Assembly: GCA_013239625.1 (NCBI GenBank)
Contig: MU057342.1
Location: forward strand, 5,518,335 to 5,582,334
Direction of reading: 5' to 3'
DNA: 64,000 nt
DNA from: Lama guanicoe
Lineage: Eukaryota
Below the pieces are notes generated by a model. It was not told the origin of the DNA. It made no database searches and was given only the letters and a program-made list of their open reading frames with translations. Every line of letters begins with the position of its first letter. Positions within the stretch are counted from its first letter, which is position 1. A program made the position numbers and the translations under genes. This document shows, in pieces, positions 1 to 12,745 of the stretch.

Positions 1-405
1 AAACCTGTGTTATTGGGCCACAATTATATGAAGGTACAATTTGTGACATTAATAACATACAGAGGAGCTTTACAGGATTAGAGATTTTGTATGGATTGAA
101 GTTAAGTTGGTATTCATTCAAACAAGATTGTTGTAAGTTTAATCAAGTTAATTACATGTAATTCCCATGGTAACCATAAAGAAAACACTTAACACACACT
201 TAATACATAAAAGGGAATGAGAAGGAAATCAAAATGGTTCATTATTATAAAAATCAACACAAAAGAAGACAGTAATGGAGAAAATGAGAGACAAAAAGGC
301 ATAAGATATAAAGAAAGCAAATAACAAAATGGTAGAAGTCTTTCTTTGTACTAATTATTTTAAATGTAAATGGATTAAACTCTCCAAACAAAAGGCAAAG
401 ACTGG
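1..405 (+). mobile_element. Old L1 (L1M) fragment: inter-ORF region and start of ORF2
   Basis: A-rich L1 spacer (cccatggtaacc...) ending in aatgtaaatggattaaactctccaaacaaaaggcaaagactgg = ORF2 N-terminal NVNGLNSP.KRQRL motif. Confidence 0.85.
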
Positions 406-471
406 GCCCTGCTGTGCAGTGGGGGCTGATGGTTTGGACCTGTGGACTCAGTGCACCCGCTCTGAAGGGAC

Positions 472-1570
472 TCTTCAACCAATTATTATTAAACAGCTCT
501 ACTGAATGGTTGTTGTGGGGAGACAAAGATGACTAGATCTCTCTCCACAGAACTCACACTCCAGTTGAGAAGGCAAATATATAAAAGATTATAATTTTAA
601 AAATGCTGTGATATGATTTCCTTTTTAAAGGCTGGATTAAATTCCATTAAGTATACATATCACATTTTCTTTACCTCTTTCATCTGCTGATGGAATGTAC
701 AACAACATGGATGAACCTGGAAGACATTATGCTATGTGAAGTAAGCCAGTCTCAAAAGGACAAATACTGCTCAACTCCACTTACATGAGGTACCTAAAAT
801 GGTCAAACTAACAGAAGCAGAGAATGGAATGGTGGTTGCCAGGGGCTGGGGGTGAGGGGGAGATAGGGAGTTGTTCAGTGGGTATAAAGTGTCCATTACG
901 CAAGATGAACACATTCTAGAGATCTTCTGTACAATATAGTGCCTATAACCTACAACATGGTATTGTGCATTTGTTAAGAAGGTAGATCTCTTGTTCAGAG
1001 TTCTTATGACAAAAAAATAAGAAACACAAGGAAACTTTTGGAGGTGATGGATATATTTATCACCTTAATTGTGGTGATAGTGTTATGGGTGTATGCATAT
1101 GTCTACATTCATCTAATTATATACATTGAACATGTGAGTTTTTTTGGTATATTGATTATGCCTCAATAAAGCTGTTAGAAAAAATGCTCTGACTGAGGTG
1201 TCCTATAACACAGAGACATGTTCATCACCAGTAGCCAAAGAGGTAACAATCCAAGGTGGATAGGTAGTAATGTCGGCCTGTGGGTCCTCTGGGTGGATGA
1301 CGGGGTTTGAGCATATGGAGATGGGACAAAGCACAGGCAAGGAAAAGCAACAGGGCATGAAAATGCCTAGTGAGCACGAAGCTCTGCTAACGGTGCTGGT
1401 GGATGCAGGAATCCGAGGGAAAAGCCTGGTCTCAAAGTGGCCGCAGTTGAGGCAGGGATGAGACACAGGCTCACCAAAATGCTGACATGAGAAGTGAGCC
1501 CTGAAGACCCCTAGACAAAGCCACCCAGATCCTCTCTGTAACGATCTAGTTTTAGGATGTGTTCCGGAAT
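472..1570 (-). mobile_element. L2 LINE fragment interrupted by the L1 at 612-1182
   Basis: ttcaaccaattattattaaacagctctact...gagacaaagatgactagatct...aactcacactccagttgagaaggca resembles the reverse L2 3' end; L2-like sequence resumes after 1190. Confidence 0.6.
612..1182 (+). mobile_element. L1MA-type 3' end with 5' inversion and TSD
   Basis: 694-1182 is an L1 3'UTR (acaacatggatgaacctggaagacattatgct...cctcaataaagctg); 612-693 is the adjacent upstream L1 segment reversed; flanks aaaaatgctgtga / aaaaatgctctga. Confidence 0.9.
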
Positions 1571-1689
1571 GAGCTCCTTCAATTTGAGTAAGTTTCAAAA
1601 GTGGCAAGGTCTTGTAGAAGTGACTAATCCAACAGCATGCTTACTCCCACAGATCTCGTTTAGAAGAGTGCCCTTCTAGAAAGCTTCCT

Positions 1690-2440
1690 TTTAAATTTAA
1701 TTATTTGAATATGTAATATATGAACATGGTGTAAGAGATACAGGAGGAAGGTATACAATGAACAGTAATTCTCCCTCCCACCCCAGTCACCTACCACCTG
1801 TTTACTCACTTTCCCCACATCGCTGTTTCCAACTGCTCGTGTCCTCTTCCAGAGACGTTTTATGTGTATGTAACACAATCTCTATCTCTCTCCATATATA
1901 AATACCCCCTCCTCTTTAAACATACATGGGAACATACTATATACTCTTTCTATGCCTTGTTGTTTCACCTAGAACTATATCCGGCTCTGATTCCACATGA
2001 TCTCATATAGAGCTTCCTCAGTCATTATAGCTTCTTATTAATTTATGGACATGCCTATTGTCACATCCCCTATTGATGGACATTTAGATTGCCTTTAATC
2101 TCTTGCTGTTACAATAATGGTTCCATAAATATACATAAAATATCATTTTACATTTGAGTAAAGGTACCCGTAAGGGCAATACATTTCTAGAAGTGGAGTT
2201 GCTAGACCAACTTGTATATTCTTTGAAACTTCAGGTAAATGTTATCAAGCTGTTTTCCATAAAGGTCATATCTCTCGTGCCAGAAATGTATGAGGGTGCC
2301 ACGCTCTTACCAGCACGTTCTGTTCTGAAACTTCTTGGTGTTCGCCAAACTGATTGGTGAAAAAAATATTTCTCATAATAGTTAGAATTTGTGTTTTGAT
2401 TATCCTGAAAGAGGTTGAGCATCTTAAAAAGCACCTTTAA
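1690..2440 (-). mobile_element. L1ME-type 3' end
   Basis: T-rich start, then tcccctattgatggacatttagattg, ttctagaagtggagttgctag, gaggttgagcatctt, typical of reverse old L1 3' regions. Confidence 0.8.
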
Positions 2441-4119
2441 AAATCATCTACCACTTAGTCCTTTTGGGAATGGGCAGAGGACAGAAGGGAATAATAATTC
2501 AGAAACGAAGGTCTCAGTCAGCTGAAAGATAATCGTACTAAGTTCTTTGAGGACAAGCACATGTCTTTTCCCTTTTCATCTTCGTTGGTGCACAAAACTC
2601 TCTATAAACATGTGTCAGGTCATATTTGCATCACGTTGGTGTAAGAGGGGGAGCCTTTTTCATATCTGCCCTTTAAACTTTGATGTTTGCCCATCAAGGG
2701 TTTGAAAGTGCTTTCCTGAAAAGGTCAGTTCAAAGAGTTCAAATTTCATTTCTTGTTATAATATTACCGCCTGAAGGACCTATTAAACAATAATACCATT
2801 ATTTTTGTGACTTTTTTGTTGTCTTTTCAAAATCATGGTGTATCTGTGAGGAAGGTGTCAGAATCACACTGATCTCAGAGAGTGGGGAGAAAAACACTCT
2901 ATGAATTACTTGGACTCCAAAGCTTGAGGAAAGTTCTTAACAGTCTGTATTTGCTACTGAATTTTTCATATTGCATCAGCCACTATTAAATGTCAGTGAG
3001 TTATAGCTCTTTGGTGCATTAACCTTAACTCTAGGACATTTACCACAGGAGTTCTGATCGTTGGATCCCATGGGAAACATTAGTATTATAATCTACACTA
3101 CAGCCAGTATTGAAAATTTTATTAGAATGCAGCATGATATATCAAGATCTCTAAAGAAATGAATCATTTTTGCAATTTGACTTTGCAACCATTAAAACTT
3201 TCTATAAACACAGATCTATGTATCCAATAAAGAGCATCCAACATGAAGCTTTTTTGTACACTCAGATATTTCAAATTTTAGGATAAAAGGGTTAGTGGCA
3301 ATATAGTTGACATTTACGTTCTTGTTCTGCCCTCTTAGGAGTGAAAAAATATCTGTTTTTAGCTACCAAGTTCCAGACTAGAAACCATGTAAAAAAAGAT
3401 AATGAATTAGATCGCATTCCCTCTCTTCTTCTCTTCCTTCCTCTTTGCCGCTTTCCCTTTCATCATGTATGAAGCAGCTACCACATGCCAGTTACGGGGT
3501 AGAGTCAAAAGAGTACGTAATTATGCTTATAAGTAATCACCGTATGTTTTCTCAGCCTTTGTACGGGCAGTTTTTCTTCCTGTATACCTTTTTGTTGGCA
3601 ACAAACACCAAGAAAGCAGTTGGTTTCACAGTGGTAAAACACTGCTTTCCTGCTCAAAAACTTCCTTTTCATACAAGTGCCAGAGTGCTTGAAATTCTAT
3701 CACTAGGGTTTTCATTCATTTGGTTTAAAGTAGTACCCACAAAGTCCCTGTTTAAATGTAAATATATAACTTGGAATAAATAACAAACTGATATGTACTG
3801 ACACGATATCTGGGATTTAAAAAATTAGATCATTAGCTGCCACTGAGCAGAGAACTGACCCCTGAGGAAACAGAAACCCCAGGCAGGTGATGTTTGTTGA
3901 GCGAGAGTGGTCCAGAACACGGGATGTTACTGGAGATTTGAGAGGATGCACAAGACAAGGACCCTATGACCTGGGTTTGTGAGCACAACTGCTCCATCGT
4001 CTCTAGATACTAGGAAACCCGGTGCTGCTGCCCCTCTCTCCCGGGTGGTAACTGGCATTTGCTGAGTGAGCTCCCTGCTGTTTGTAGGATGAGGACTAAT
4101 CTCCCCTGCAGACTTGTGC

Positions 4120-4490
4120 TCCATTTCCAGCTCCAACTCTCACCCTGGTCTCTGCTCTTCTGCCACCCCTCAGCCAGGAGAAAATTATTTGTTTTCCCCC
4201 CAACCCAGCCTGATGTACTTCTCCCCATACTCCCTCTGCTGCTTGTGCTCAGGATGGTCTGCCTGACAAATCCTGACTTAGTTCTCAAAGCTCAGTTCAG
4301 AAATCCCTTCTTCCTTGAAGCCTTCTGTGCCTTTGCTATTGTCACATTCTGCTCCCCAGGGAGAGCTGACACCACCCCTCCTTCTTCGGGCACTCTCTGA
4401 ATCCTCCGGCACCTCCAGTACAGCATCGACAACTCTGTAGCACTTACTGGTTTACCTGTTTATCCCCTTACTAGAGTCCACTTTCCATGT
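4120..4490 (+). mobile_element. L2 LINE fragment
   Basis: tctcaaagctcagttcagaaatcccttcttccttgaagccttct and ctgtttatccccttactagagt match L2 3' region motifs. Confidence 0.6.
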
Positions 4491-7226
4491 CCACTGGGGT
4501 TTAAAGTAGAGAGCTAGTGTAAGTTCTGAGAGAGTCTCTACTCTTTATATTTGAAGATTAGTCCCACAGCATGGATTTCCAGACTGACCTGATATGACCT
4601 AAGGAACGTTACCAGTGGTGCCCTATGGACACTATTCTGTGTACAAGCATGTCTTACTGGGGAGGATAATGTGCCCCAAAGCTGTGGAAAAGTAGCAGAG
4701 GAAGGGACAAGAGAATCGTCAACATCTGATTTAAGCCTAGATGGCTCTTTACTGGATTCATAAGCCTAAGTTACTGATAAAGGGGAGGGTAAACAGCAGA
4801 ACCATGAGTGGCATTCATATTCGGTGCCAAATGGTGGAGGCACCCACACACTCGAGGAGGGCGAGGATGAAAACAAACAAATCCACGCACGTCAAGAGGA
4901 TGAAGAAGTTCAGGAACTTCTGGTCAGTGCGGCTCGAATAAATCTATCCTGGACCCTAAACCTCAGAGTCTCCCATTGAGACCTGATAAATGTGCCACTT
5001 CATTTCTCTGAGTTGCGTCTTCCATATGCGGCTAAACACGTCAACACTTCAGACCACATCCTTTCTGATTTTAGAATTTTTCCAAACAGAGTGAGTATTA
5101 AAACCTGAAATCTTGGATGCAAGAAGAAAACTTTTGTGGACTGACCAAGCAAAATGTTCAGCTGCCCGAGGCTGCAGAGCAGGGAGACAATATAGGCATT
5201 TACAGGTCAGGCCTTCTGGAATCCTCGTTGAGAAGTGTTGGACGGGGCTGCATCGAGGGCTGCCTCCCTCCCAGTCCTACCCAGAGCTGCTTCCTCTCAC
5301 AAGCATCACGTGTCGACAGCGACAGAAAGAGAGGGCTTCTTTCTTTTCTCGAGTTGGAAAAAGTCTCAAGTTTTATGATTTGTATGAAGTGAGGGGTGGG
5401 AGGGTTATTTTTTAATTTTCTTTTTTTTAATCCTCATTAAGTATTTTGGAATCAGTCAACATTCAGTGCTCCCCATTCTCAGTGGTATTTAATTTTCAGA
5501 TTTGGAATACTTTCAAAACCCATGAAGAACAAACTTCCATAAGCCACTTGGTTTTCCATCAAAAATGTCACATACATAAACACTGTATATGGCACTATCC
5601 CACATAACACAGTTAAAAGATGTAAATACAGGGTCTTTGACTTAAATCAATGGCGTGAATAAATACACTGCCGAGTGTTCTACATATGTGCATTTCAAAA
5701 ATTATAAACATGCACATCTGTTTGCGTTTTGTAGATATAAAGTTCACAAACAAGTAAAAGTCGGTGATATTCTTTTCTCTACCCAAACTGTTAGAAGAAT
5801 GTCTGTGTGTGTATGTGTGTGTGAGTAGAAAAATTAGGCACAATCTAAAAAAGCAGTATAGGTTTCCAGTCTATATTTTTATATAAAATGAAACCACCCA
5901 TCTGACATGGCATCTGCATTCACCTCTTTCGTAAGCAATATTCTGAAAGGATGGCTTTATAATTTATACAGTGCCTGCTGGAACCTGCTTAGCATAATTG
6001 TGACTGAAGGATTAAGGAAAAGTCAGACCTGTAATAGAAACTCACACCTCACCCTCGTCTGGGGGAGCTCTATGAAGTGGGCAGGGAAGCAACAGTAAAA
6101 TGAGGTGAGTGGTGTTTCAGTGGCACCAGAGGCTGCCTCTGCCTATAAATATTAGTACATCTATATGGGCCACCGAGAGCTGCCTGTCATGCTGTCACTC
6201 ACATGGTGGCCAGGAGGCTGGCAGAGGCCAACTTTCTGTCAGGCAGCTCAGTACATCAGCTCAGAAGCTGGGTGTAGAGGAAGAGATTTTAATTCTTACA
6301 TCTACTTTTTAGCATCAGTGCATTTTGTAGGTGCCAGTTTCTATCATACTGCAAAATAATTAGCACTGAAAATGCGCTTTTTTTGAATGTTTGAAGACAC
6401 CGGGATTTGGTAACTATTCTAGACAATGACAATCACAACCACAAATATGCAGGTCATTGGGGCCTCCAAGTGCAGTGACCTCATATGCCAGAGGGAAGTG
6501 ATGTCATGGATTCTGATCCTTCACCGCAAATATCCAAACCATCTCAGGGATAACACTCATGGGCCTGAGGCCCAGGCACACTGGTCTCTCTTTCACTCTT
6601 CAATGAAGGGAGAAAATTGGGCCAATGGGCATTATCTCACAGTGGTGGGCCGTGTAGCGACCTCTTGGTCTGTAAGACCATGGACTCAGATTGTCAGACT
6701 GGAGAGAAGAAAACATTCTAACCAGAATAAAGAGATGGGAATAAAAGAACAGACAGTAGAATGGGTATGTTATGTTGGGCGTGGTTCAGAGATGGAACAG
6801 AGGGGTCTCTTGGAAGTACACTTTGCACAGGGCAAGTACTACTGGAAAGGTCTGATTGGGCTCAAACATGGCCAAATGCATTCATCTTTAGGAACAGATC
6901 ATGCAAAATCTTGGCATTTAATGTTGAGTCCACATGGAAGAAACGTGCTGTAGTAAAAACGTTACTGTTAGGACAGCTTTATTCATAACCGCCAAAACTT
7001 GCAAGCAATCAAGATGAAAGTTATAATGAGTGGGAAGATTAGGGAAAAAAAAAGCAAACTTGTATTTAAACGGCCCCCTATCAATCTGATGATATCTGAA
7101 AGTACTTTATGTAGAAATAATGCAACATTATTTATGTACATATTCTAGTGACTTTTGGGACCTGGTACCTCCAGAAAATCATTGAGTCTGCTGTGTAGGC
7201 CACATAATTGGTCTTAAGTTTTAGAT

Positions 7227-7521
7227 TATGGATCAGCAAACCTTTTCTGTAAAGGACCAGATAGTGAATGTTTTAGGCTTTGAGGGCCATACAGTCTGTT
7301 GCAACTACTCTACTGCCATATTGCAGAAGCAGCAGTGTACAATTTGTAAACAAACAGGCAGAGCTGGGATGCATTGAAATATAAATTTCACGTAATTTTC
7401 ACATGTCACAAAATATTGTTTTTTTTTAATCAACCATTTAAAAATGTAAAAACCAGTTGTAGCTAGTTGGCTGTACAAAAAGAGATGGCAGCCCTACTAG
7501 GCTGTACTTTGCTGACTTCTG
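7227..7521 (+). mobile_element. MER58B-like hAT-Charlie MITE
   Basis: gatcagcaaaccttttctgtaaaggaccagatagtgaatgttttaggctttgagggcca... tttgctgacttctg; degenerate TIRs. Confidence 0.85.
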
Positions 7522-7705
7522 CTTTGTAACATCACAGAAAAAACTGGCCTAGTCAGAACTGGTGTGACTCAGGCCCAGCTATTTGGTGGAGTGAAGTGGA
7601 GATGATGAAAGAGGAATCTGGTAGCCCTTTGTCTCACTGCTTCCAATCTGAACCTAAATCCATAGATCTACCAAATCACCTCAAATTAAGTCGATCAAGT
7701 CAGTA

Positions 7706-7936
7706 CAGTATTTTTCAATCTCGGCACTATTGAGATTTGGGGCCAGATAATTCTTTGTGGGGGGGGGTGGCGTTGGGGAGTGCCCTGTGTGTTGTAGGAT
7801 GTTTAACAGCATCACTGACCTCCACACACTAGGTGCCAGAGGTACCCCTCTTCTACCCAGTTGTGACAACCAAAAACATCTTCAGACATTGCCAATGTCT
7901 GCTGGGGGCAAAGTTGACCCCAGTTGAGAACCACTG
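7706..7936 (+). mobile_element. MER20 hAT-Charlie MITE, full length
   Basis: cagtatttttcaatctcggcactattgagatttggggccagataattctttgt...ttgtgacaaccaaaaacatcttcagacattgccaa...ttgagaaccactg; 8-bp TSD agtcagta/agttagtg. Confidence 0.92.
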
Positions 7937-8010
7937 AGTTAGTGAAACAGCCAGAATGACAGGAAATTCAGTGAACCCTTAGCAAACAACTAACTGGGAT
8001 GGAGGAGAAG

Positions 8011-8055
8011 TGTGTGTTTGTGTGTGTGTGTGTGCGTGTGCGTGCGTGTGTGTGT
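8011..8055. repeat. (TG)n/(TGCG)n microsatellite
   Basis: directly visible alternating purine-pyrimidine tract. Confidence 0.95.
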
Positions 8056-10606
8056 ATATCCTCTAACAGAGCAGTCTTCCCGAGATTCCCATGGAGGAAA
8101 AAGAACAGCTTGCCTTCTCAAAGACAAAAGTATAATCACAAATAATGCTTCCCCTGAAGGGGGCACAACCTCGGGGAGACAGCCTCACCATCCTATCAGT
8201 CCCACTGTTAGCAGAGCGCTTCTCATTATCAGGAAATCTCGTCAGGCTCCACAGCAAGTAAACAGGACTCTGGGCCTTTAATAAGGCTTTTATTGCGTGA
8301 TCACCCTTTAGAATGAAATTGAAAAGGTCTTCTGTTTTTAGGGTGGAAAAATACTTCCTTCTTTCAATGGACAAGGAAATTCAGCAAGAATGGAATCATC
8401 TCATTTTTTGACCAAGAGGGGAAGAAAGATAAAAGACAGTAGGAAAAAAAAAGAAGAAGAAGATCTTTCCTAGGAGGTGGTGGGGAGTGTTTACATTCAA
8501 AGGAAAATCTGCATGAGCGGATTTAACGTGGGCTTCCAGTTAGAAAATGTTGATCAAGAACTGCTATGGTGTGGAGATGGGACACTGCTCGGGGTCCAGC
8601 CCCCGGTGTACTATCGAAAGATATCTGTGATAGATGTTGTATTAAGAACTTTCATTTAAACAAATACGCAAACAGACAAAAAAGCATAGGCTGACTGAAA
8701 CACTTGGCGTGGCTTTTTAGTTACGGGACACTGTTCTGCACTGGTTCTTTGCCATTTCCAGTGAAACTGACATGGAGATGTAGAAGCATTAGTTTTGCCA
8801 TTGAAACAAGTAGATGCTTTGTTGGTGTTGCCTTTTGCTTTTCTACCAGGGCAGCTACAGCTAAGAACAAAAGTCAAGTTTCAGCTATTTGCCAAAAGCT
8901 TCCCCAACAACTCACCAGCCCCTCCTCCAAAATTCAAAACCAAACCAAAATAATTCAAAAGCCCTTTAATCCTATGAAGGAAGTTAAATGAAATTACCTA
9001 AGTGGGTAACTGCTTCTCCTTCACTCATTTGCCACAAATCAGTTTGTTTCTACTTGCCTCAAAACTCCCATTAAATAAAATTTGTCTTGTAGCACACAGA
9101 TCATTTCCCATGACCAAAATGCAGATCTGTCTCCTTTTCCTAGTAAAGAATCTGAGCTATGTTTCTTTTCAACAAATCCCTATTCCCCAAACCATATTAC
9201 ACATTTCACCATGTTTTGTCTGCTTGTCTTCTGATTCCAGCTGTGTCATTTTTGTTATCATGCCTTTGTGTCTCAGGACAAACACTGTAGGGCAGCAGCA
9301 AGGCAAGGATGCCTCTGATACACTATCAGCCCAAACTCGGTTCTTATCAGCCAGCATCCGAACCAATGACCTACACCTCCTCACTGTTGACAGGAGCATT
9401 TTTTTTCTAATGCATATTTTAGTCCTGATTGACCATCAACCATATGGCATGATTGTCCTGTGGGTAAGTTTATTATTAACAGCTCACAGCTGGAGTTACA
9501 ATAACTACACACGGCTGTGACATTGCACTAATTGACCAAGACACGTCTGAGAACAAGACGCAGAAAGTGGCCCTTGCAAATTACTTCAAGCAGAAATGGA
9601 GAGTTTAGTGGGAAACACAAGTTTCAGATTACAAGTTTCTATGTTAAGACCAAATTGGTCTGGGGAGACAGGCTGGCTAGAGGAGATGAGAAAGAGAGAG
9701 GAGGTACCCGATTCATGCAAAGGCGTTCTTCTGAGCCTCCACTGGGGCTTTATTCAAATGAATTATTTAAAACAGTTTCCTATTAATAAGAAGGAAGCAA
9801 CTGCACTTACAGTGGCATTAATCCTGAATTTTCAAGTGCTCAATTAAATCATTCAATCCACTGGGTGCCTTCTGTCCACATTTCCCTGTCTATCCTGCTG
9901 TCATAGGTGAGGCCAGGCAAGGTTAGAGAATGGCGTGTGCCGTGTTAGCTCTATCACTGAGCGTGAGAGTCGAGGAAGCCGAGTTTGGAGAGGACCTGGG
10001 TGTTGTCTGCAGCACCAGTGAGTGGGGTGATGAGGGGCAGGGACACTGGCCAGGAGTTGTGCATGAGTTAACAGGCTACCACCAGGTCCTCTGGGGAAGG
10101 CTCCTGGAAATTCTGGAATGTGAATAGGCTGTCTGTGCATCTCTCAGTAAATTTCTTTCTCAGATGTTTCCAGCTAGTGTGACTCGACTGAGAAATGACT
10201 GGGGGAGAAGAGGGGAGAAAGCCAATGAGCTCAGCGTCTTATAAATCAGCGACACCGAGCTGAACTGGAACTGTCAAACTGTGGAAAAACCTGCTGCTGT
10301 GCAAGCTGGTGAGTCTTTTCCAAAACAAAACCTAACCCTTGCTTTGCTCTCTAGATGGGAGAGGGTTTAATTCAAGTTCACGGAGGAGTGAGGCGTGCAA
10401 GAAGAAATATGGTTTGCTAAGAAAATAATAAAAGAACTCAAGGTAGTGCATATGTACCGTGTCCCAATTCCGATCTTGGCTCAGGCACAGAATTACAAGT
10501 GGGGTCATGAAAAATAACCCGGTGCTGTCATTAGTAAATCTCACCAAGAGGTCCAATAATACTCTCTGCTCCAAAGGCAAATTAACCAAACAACCTTATA
10601 GTCTAC

Positions 10607-10730
10607 TGATAGCATCATCCCCATTTTATGGATGAAGAAACTGAGGTGCAGGAAAGGTAAGTACCTTGCCTAAGGATTTGACCCAGCAAAGTCTGGCACC
10701 GGAATCCATGCTCTCAACCACTATGGCACT
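10607..10730 (-). mobile_element. MIR SINE
   Basis: ccccattttatggatgaagaaactgaggtgcaggaaaggtaagtaccttgcctaagg MIR core. Confidence 0.85.
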
Positions 10731-11994
10731 GGTCTCTCTTTATGGACATCACAGAGCCCAGGTTATAATCTCTGCTCTAGGCAGTAGGCATGTCTCGTCC
10801 TGACAATTCACATTCTAAGGTAGCCCTGCTCTGCTGTTCTGTGTCTCAAATGTATCCCAACACTGGAGTTGTGCCTATGTTGCTCAATCATTCTATACCA
10901 ATACATGTCTGAGATTATGTTAGCGCTCTCCCCCCCACCCCACGTCTTCATACCAGTTGCTGAAAAACAGCTTTATATTTGGAAGCACAGGCTTTAGGAG
11001 GCTCCAGTGAGGTTTCCAATGGCGATTGTAAGTCTGCCAGATTGCATTGTCCCCGACCTGTGGAGGCGTGAGGGTCAACCCCTTGTGCACCGGGACTGAA
11101 GTTCAGTTACTGTTGCTGGGGAAACCATAATTGAATTTCCTGAATTATTCGCAGTGCGATAGAACGTTGAATCACCATATTTATTTGCCTCCTAGGCCCT
11201 GTGGCATCTGTTGTTCAGCTCACAAAGCTTCTATTGACTGAGAGAGGGGTTTGTTGATCCAGAAAGCTGTGATGGGCACATGAGGCAGTGGGAGCTCGAG
11301 GACTCCTGTGTAGGGCTGAGATTTCTCATCCAGTTCAACAGTCGCCAGCCAAATGGCCTGGCACAGAAAACCCGAGGATACGGCCTGAGGCCCTGGCGTG
11401 AAATTGATCCTTCTCTTCCCTGATGCACTTACTTCTCAGCTTTGGGGAAGGGAGAGGCAGTGTGGGAAAGGGGTCGTATGGAAAAGGAGAGGTAGCAGGA
11501 AGGAAGCACAGGGGATGGGAAGGTGGAGGCAACTGATGGAAGAGGGCTGCAAGGCCAAGGGCCACATAGAAGAGGAAGGCTTGTGACAGGACGTGGCTAG
11601 TGGGATGGCTCCACGGGGGAAGGGGACACATTCCATCCCTCGAGGGGGTAAATGCTCATTTGGTGCTAGGGTGCTAAGCTGGAGGGCCACAGGGTTTTGC
11701 AGCTTGAACTGAAATCTGGCCGTGTCTTCAATTAGAAATTAGTTTCTGGTTGAGTTGTGGAAGCTCTGACCATCCAGTGTGGAGTGATTTCTTCCCTGAC
11801 TCGGGCTCCAATATGATGTTTCAATAACTGAGGCACCAAGAGTCACCCCTCCAGAGCCCCTCTTCTGATTTCTTTTTGTATTCACCATCAGACTTTCCAA
11901 ATCAACTGTTTCATCCACCCTGCTGAAGAAAGGATTTTAGAAGTATTTTCTTCCAAAACAACAAGGTAAAAAGAAATGATTTTTTTCGGTTTTA

Positions 11995-12745
11995 AAGCTT
12001 TTTTAAGGGAACATTTTTAAGCATTTATGAAAAGTAGAGTGCATGGCTCCCCTTGTCCGGCTTCAACATCTTCTCAACCCCGAGTGTAACTTCCCCAGCA
12101 TCTCCATGGCCCGTGGCCCCATACCCTGGATTATTTTGAAGTCGTTCCCGGATATTGTATCATCTCACCCATAAATACTTCAGTATTATCTCAGGGAGAT
12201 GAGGACTTTTTAAAAAATGCCATTACAATGCTATTATCATACCTAAAAATAACAATTCCTACTTTGGGTCAGTGTTAAAAGATCCCCAGTTGATTCATAA
12301 AAGTTTATTTACTAATAAGTAAGACAAAGACTCCACCCTGCAATGGTGGCTATGTCTCTTATGTCCCTTGTCATCTGTAGGCTCCCCCTTGCCTGTTCTC
12401 CTTGCAATGTGTTTGTTGAAGAAATGAAGTTATTTCTGCTGTAGAGTTTGGCACATTCTGATTTTTTCAACTCCTAATGAAATAATAAATCTAGGCAATG
12501 ATAATCAGTGGCCGTGATCCCACTGGGTGAAAGGCCAACAGGAAACTTTGTAATAGATGGAAAGGCTGACAGGATTTGATGCCACAGATCCATCCTCACA
12601 TCTCAGAATAACTTGATTTTCACATTACCTCCTATAATGAATTCCTACCAAAAAATTCTACTGGAGTCCCACTGAGACCCTGGCTCTAACTACCAGTTTA
12701 TAGAAAATACAAGGGACTGAAGAACATGGAAAACTACATGATGGG
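11995..12745 (-). mobile_element. L1MC-type 3' end with 5' inversion
   Basis: 11995-12467 is a reverse L1MC4/5-like 3'UTR (ggattattttgaag, catctcacccataaatacttcagta); 12468-12745 is the directly upstream L1 segment in + orientation (ctctaactaccagtttatagaaaatacaagggactgaagaacatg). Confidence 0.75.

Noticed and set aside
3612-3649. gaaagcagt/actgctttc hairpin near AATAAA at 3775
   Set aside because: A 9-bp stem and a lone hexamer are expected by chance in 64 kb; no matching miRNA recognised
6426-6953. 175-aa ORF
   Set aside because: No recognisable domain; the 3' half overlaps L2-like decayed sequence; length compatible with chance
9002-9520. 172-aa ORF
   Set aside because: GTG start, composition typical of T-rich non-coding DNA, no homolog recognised
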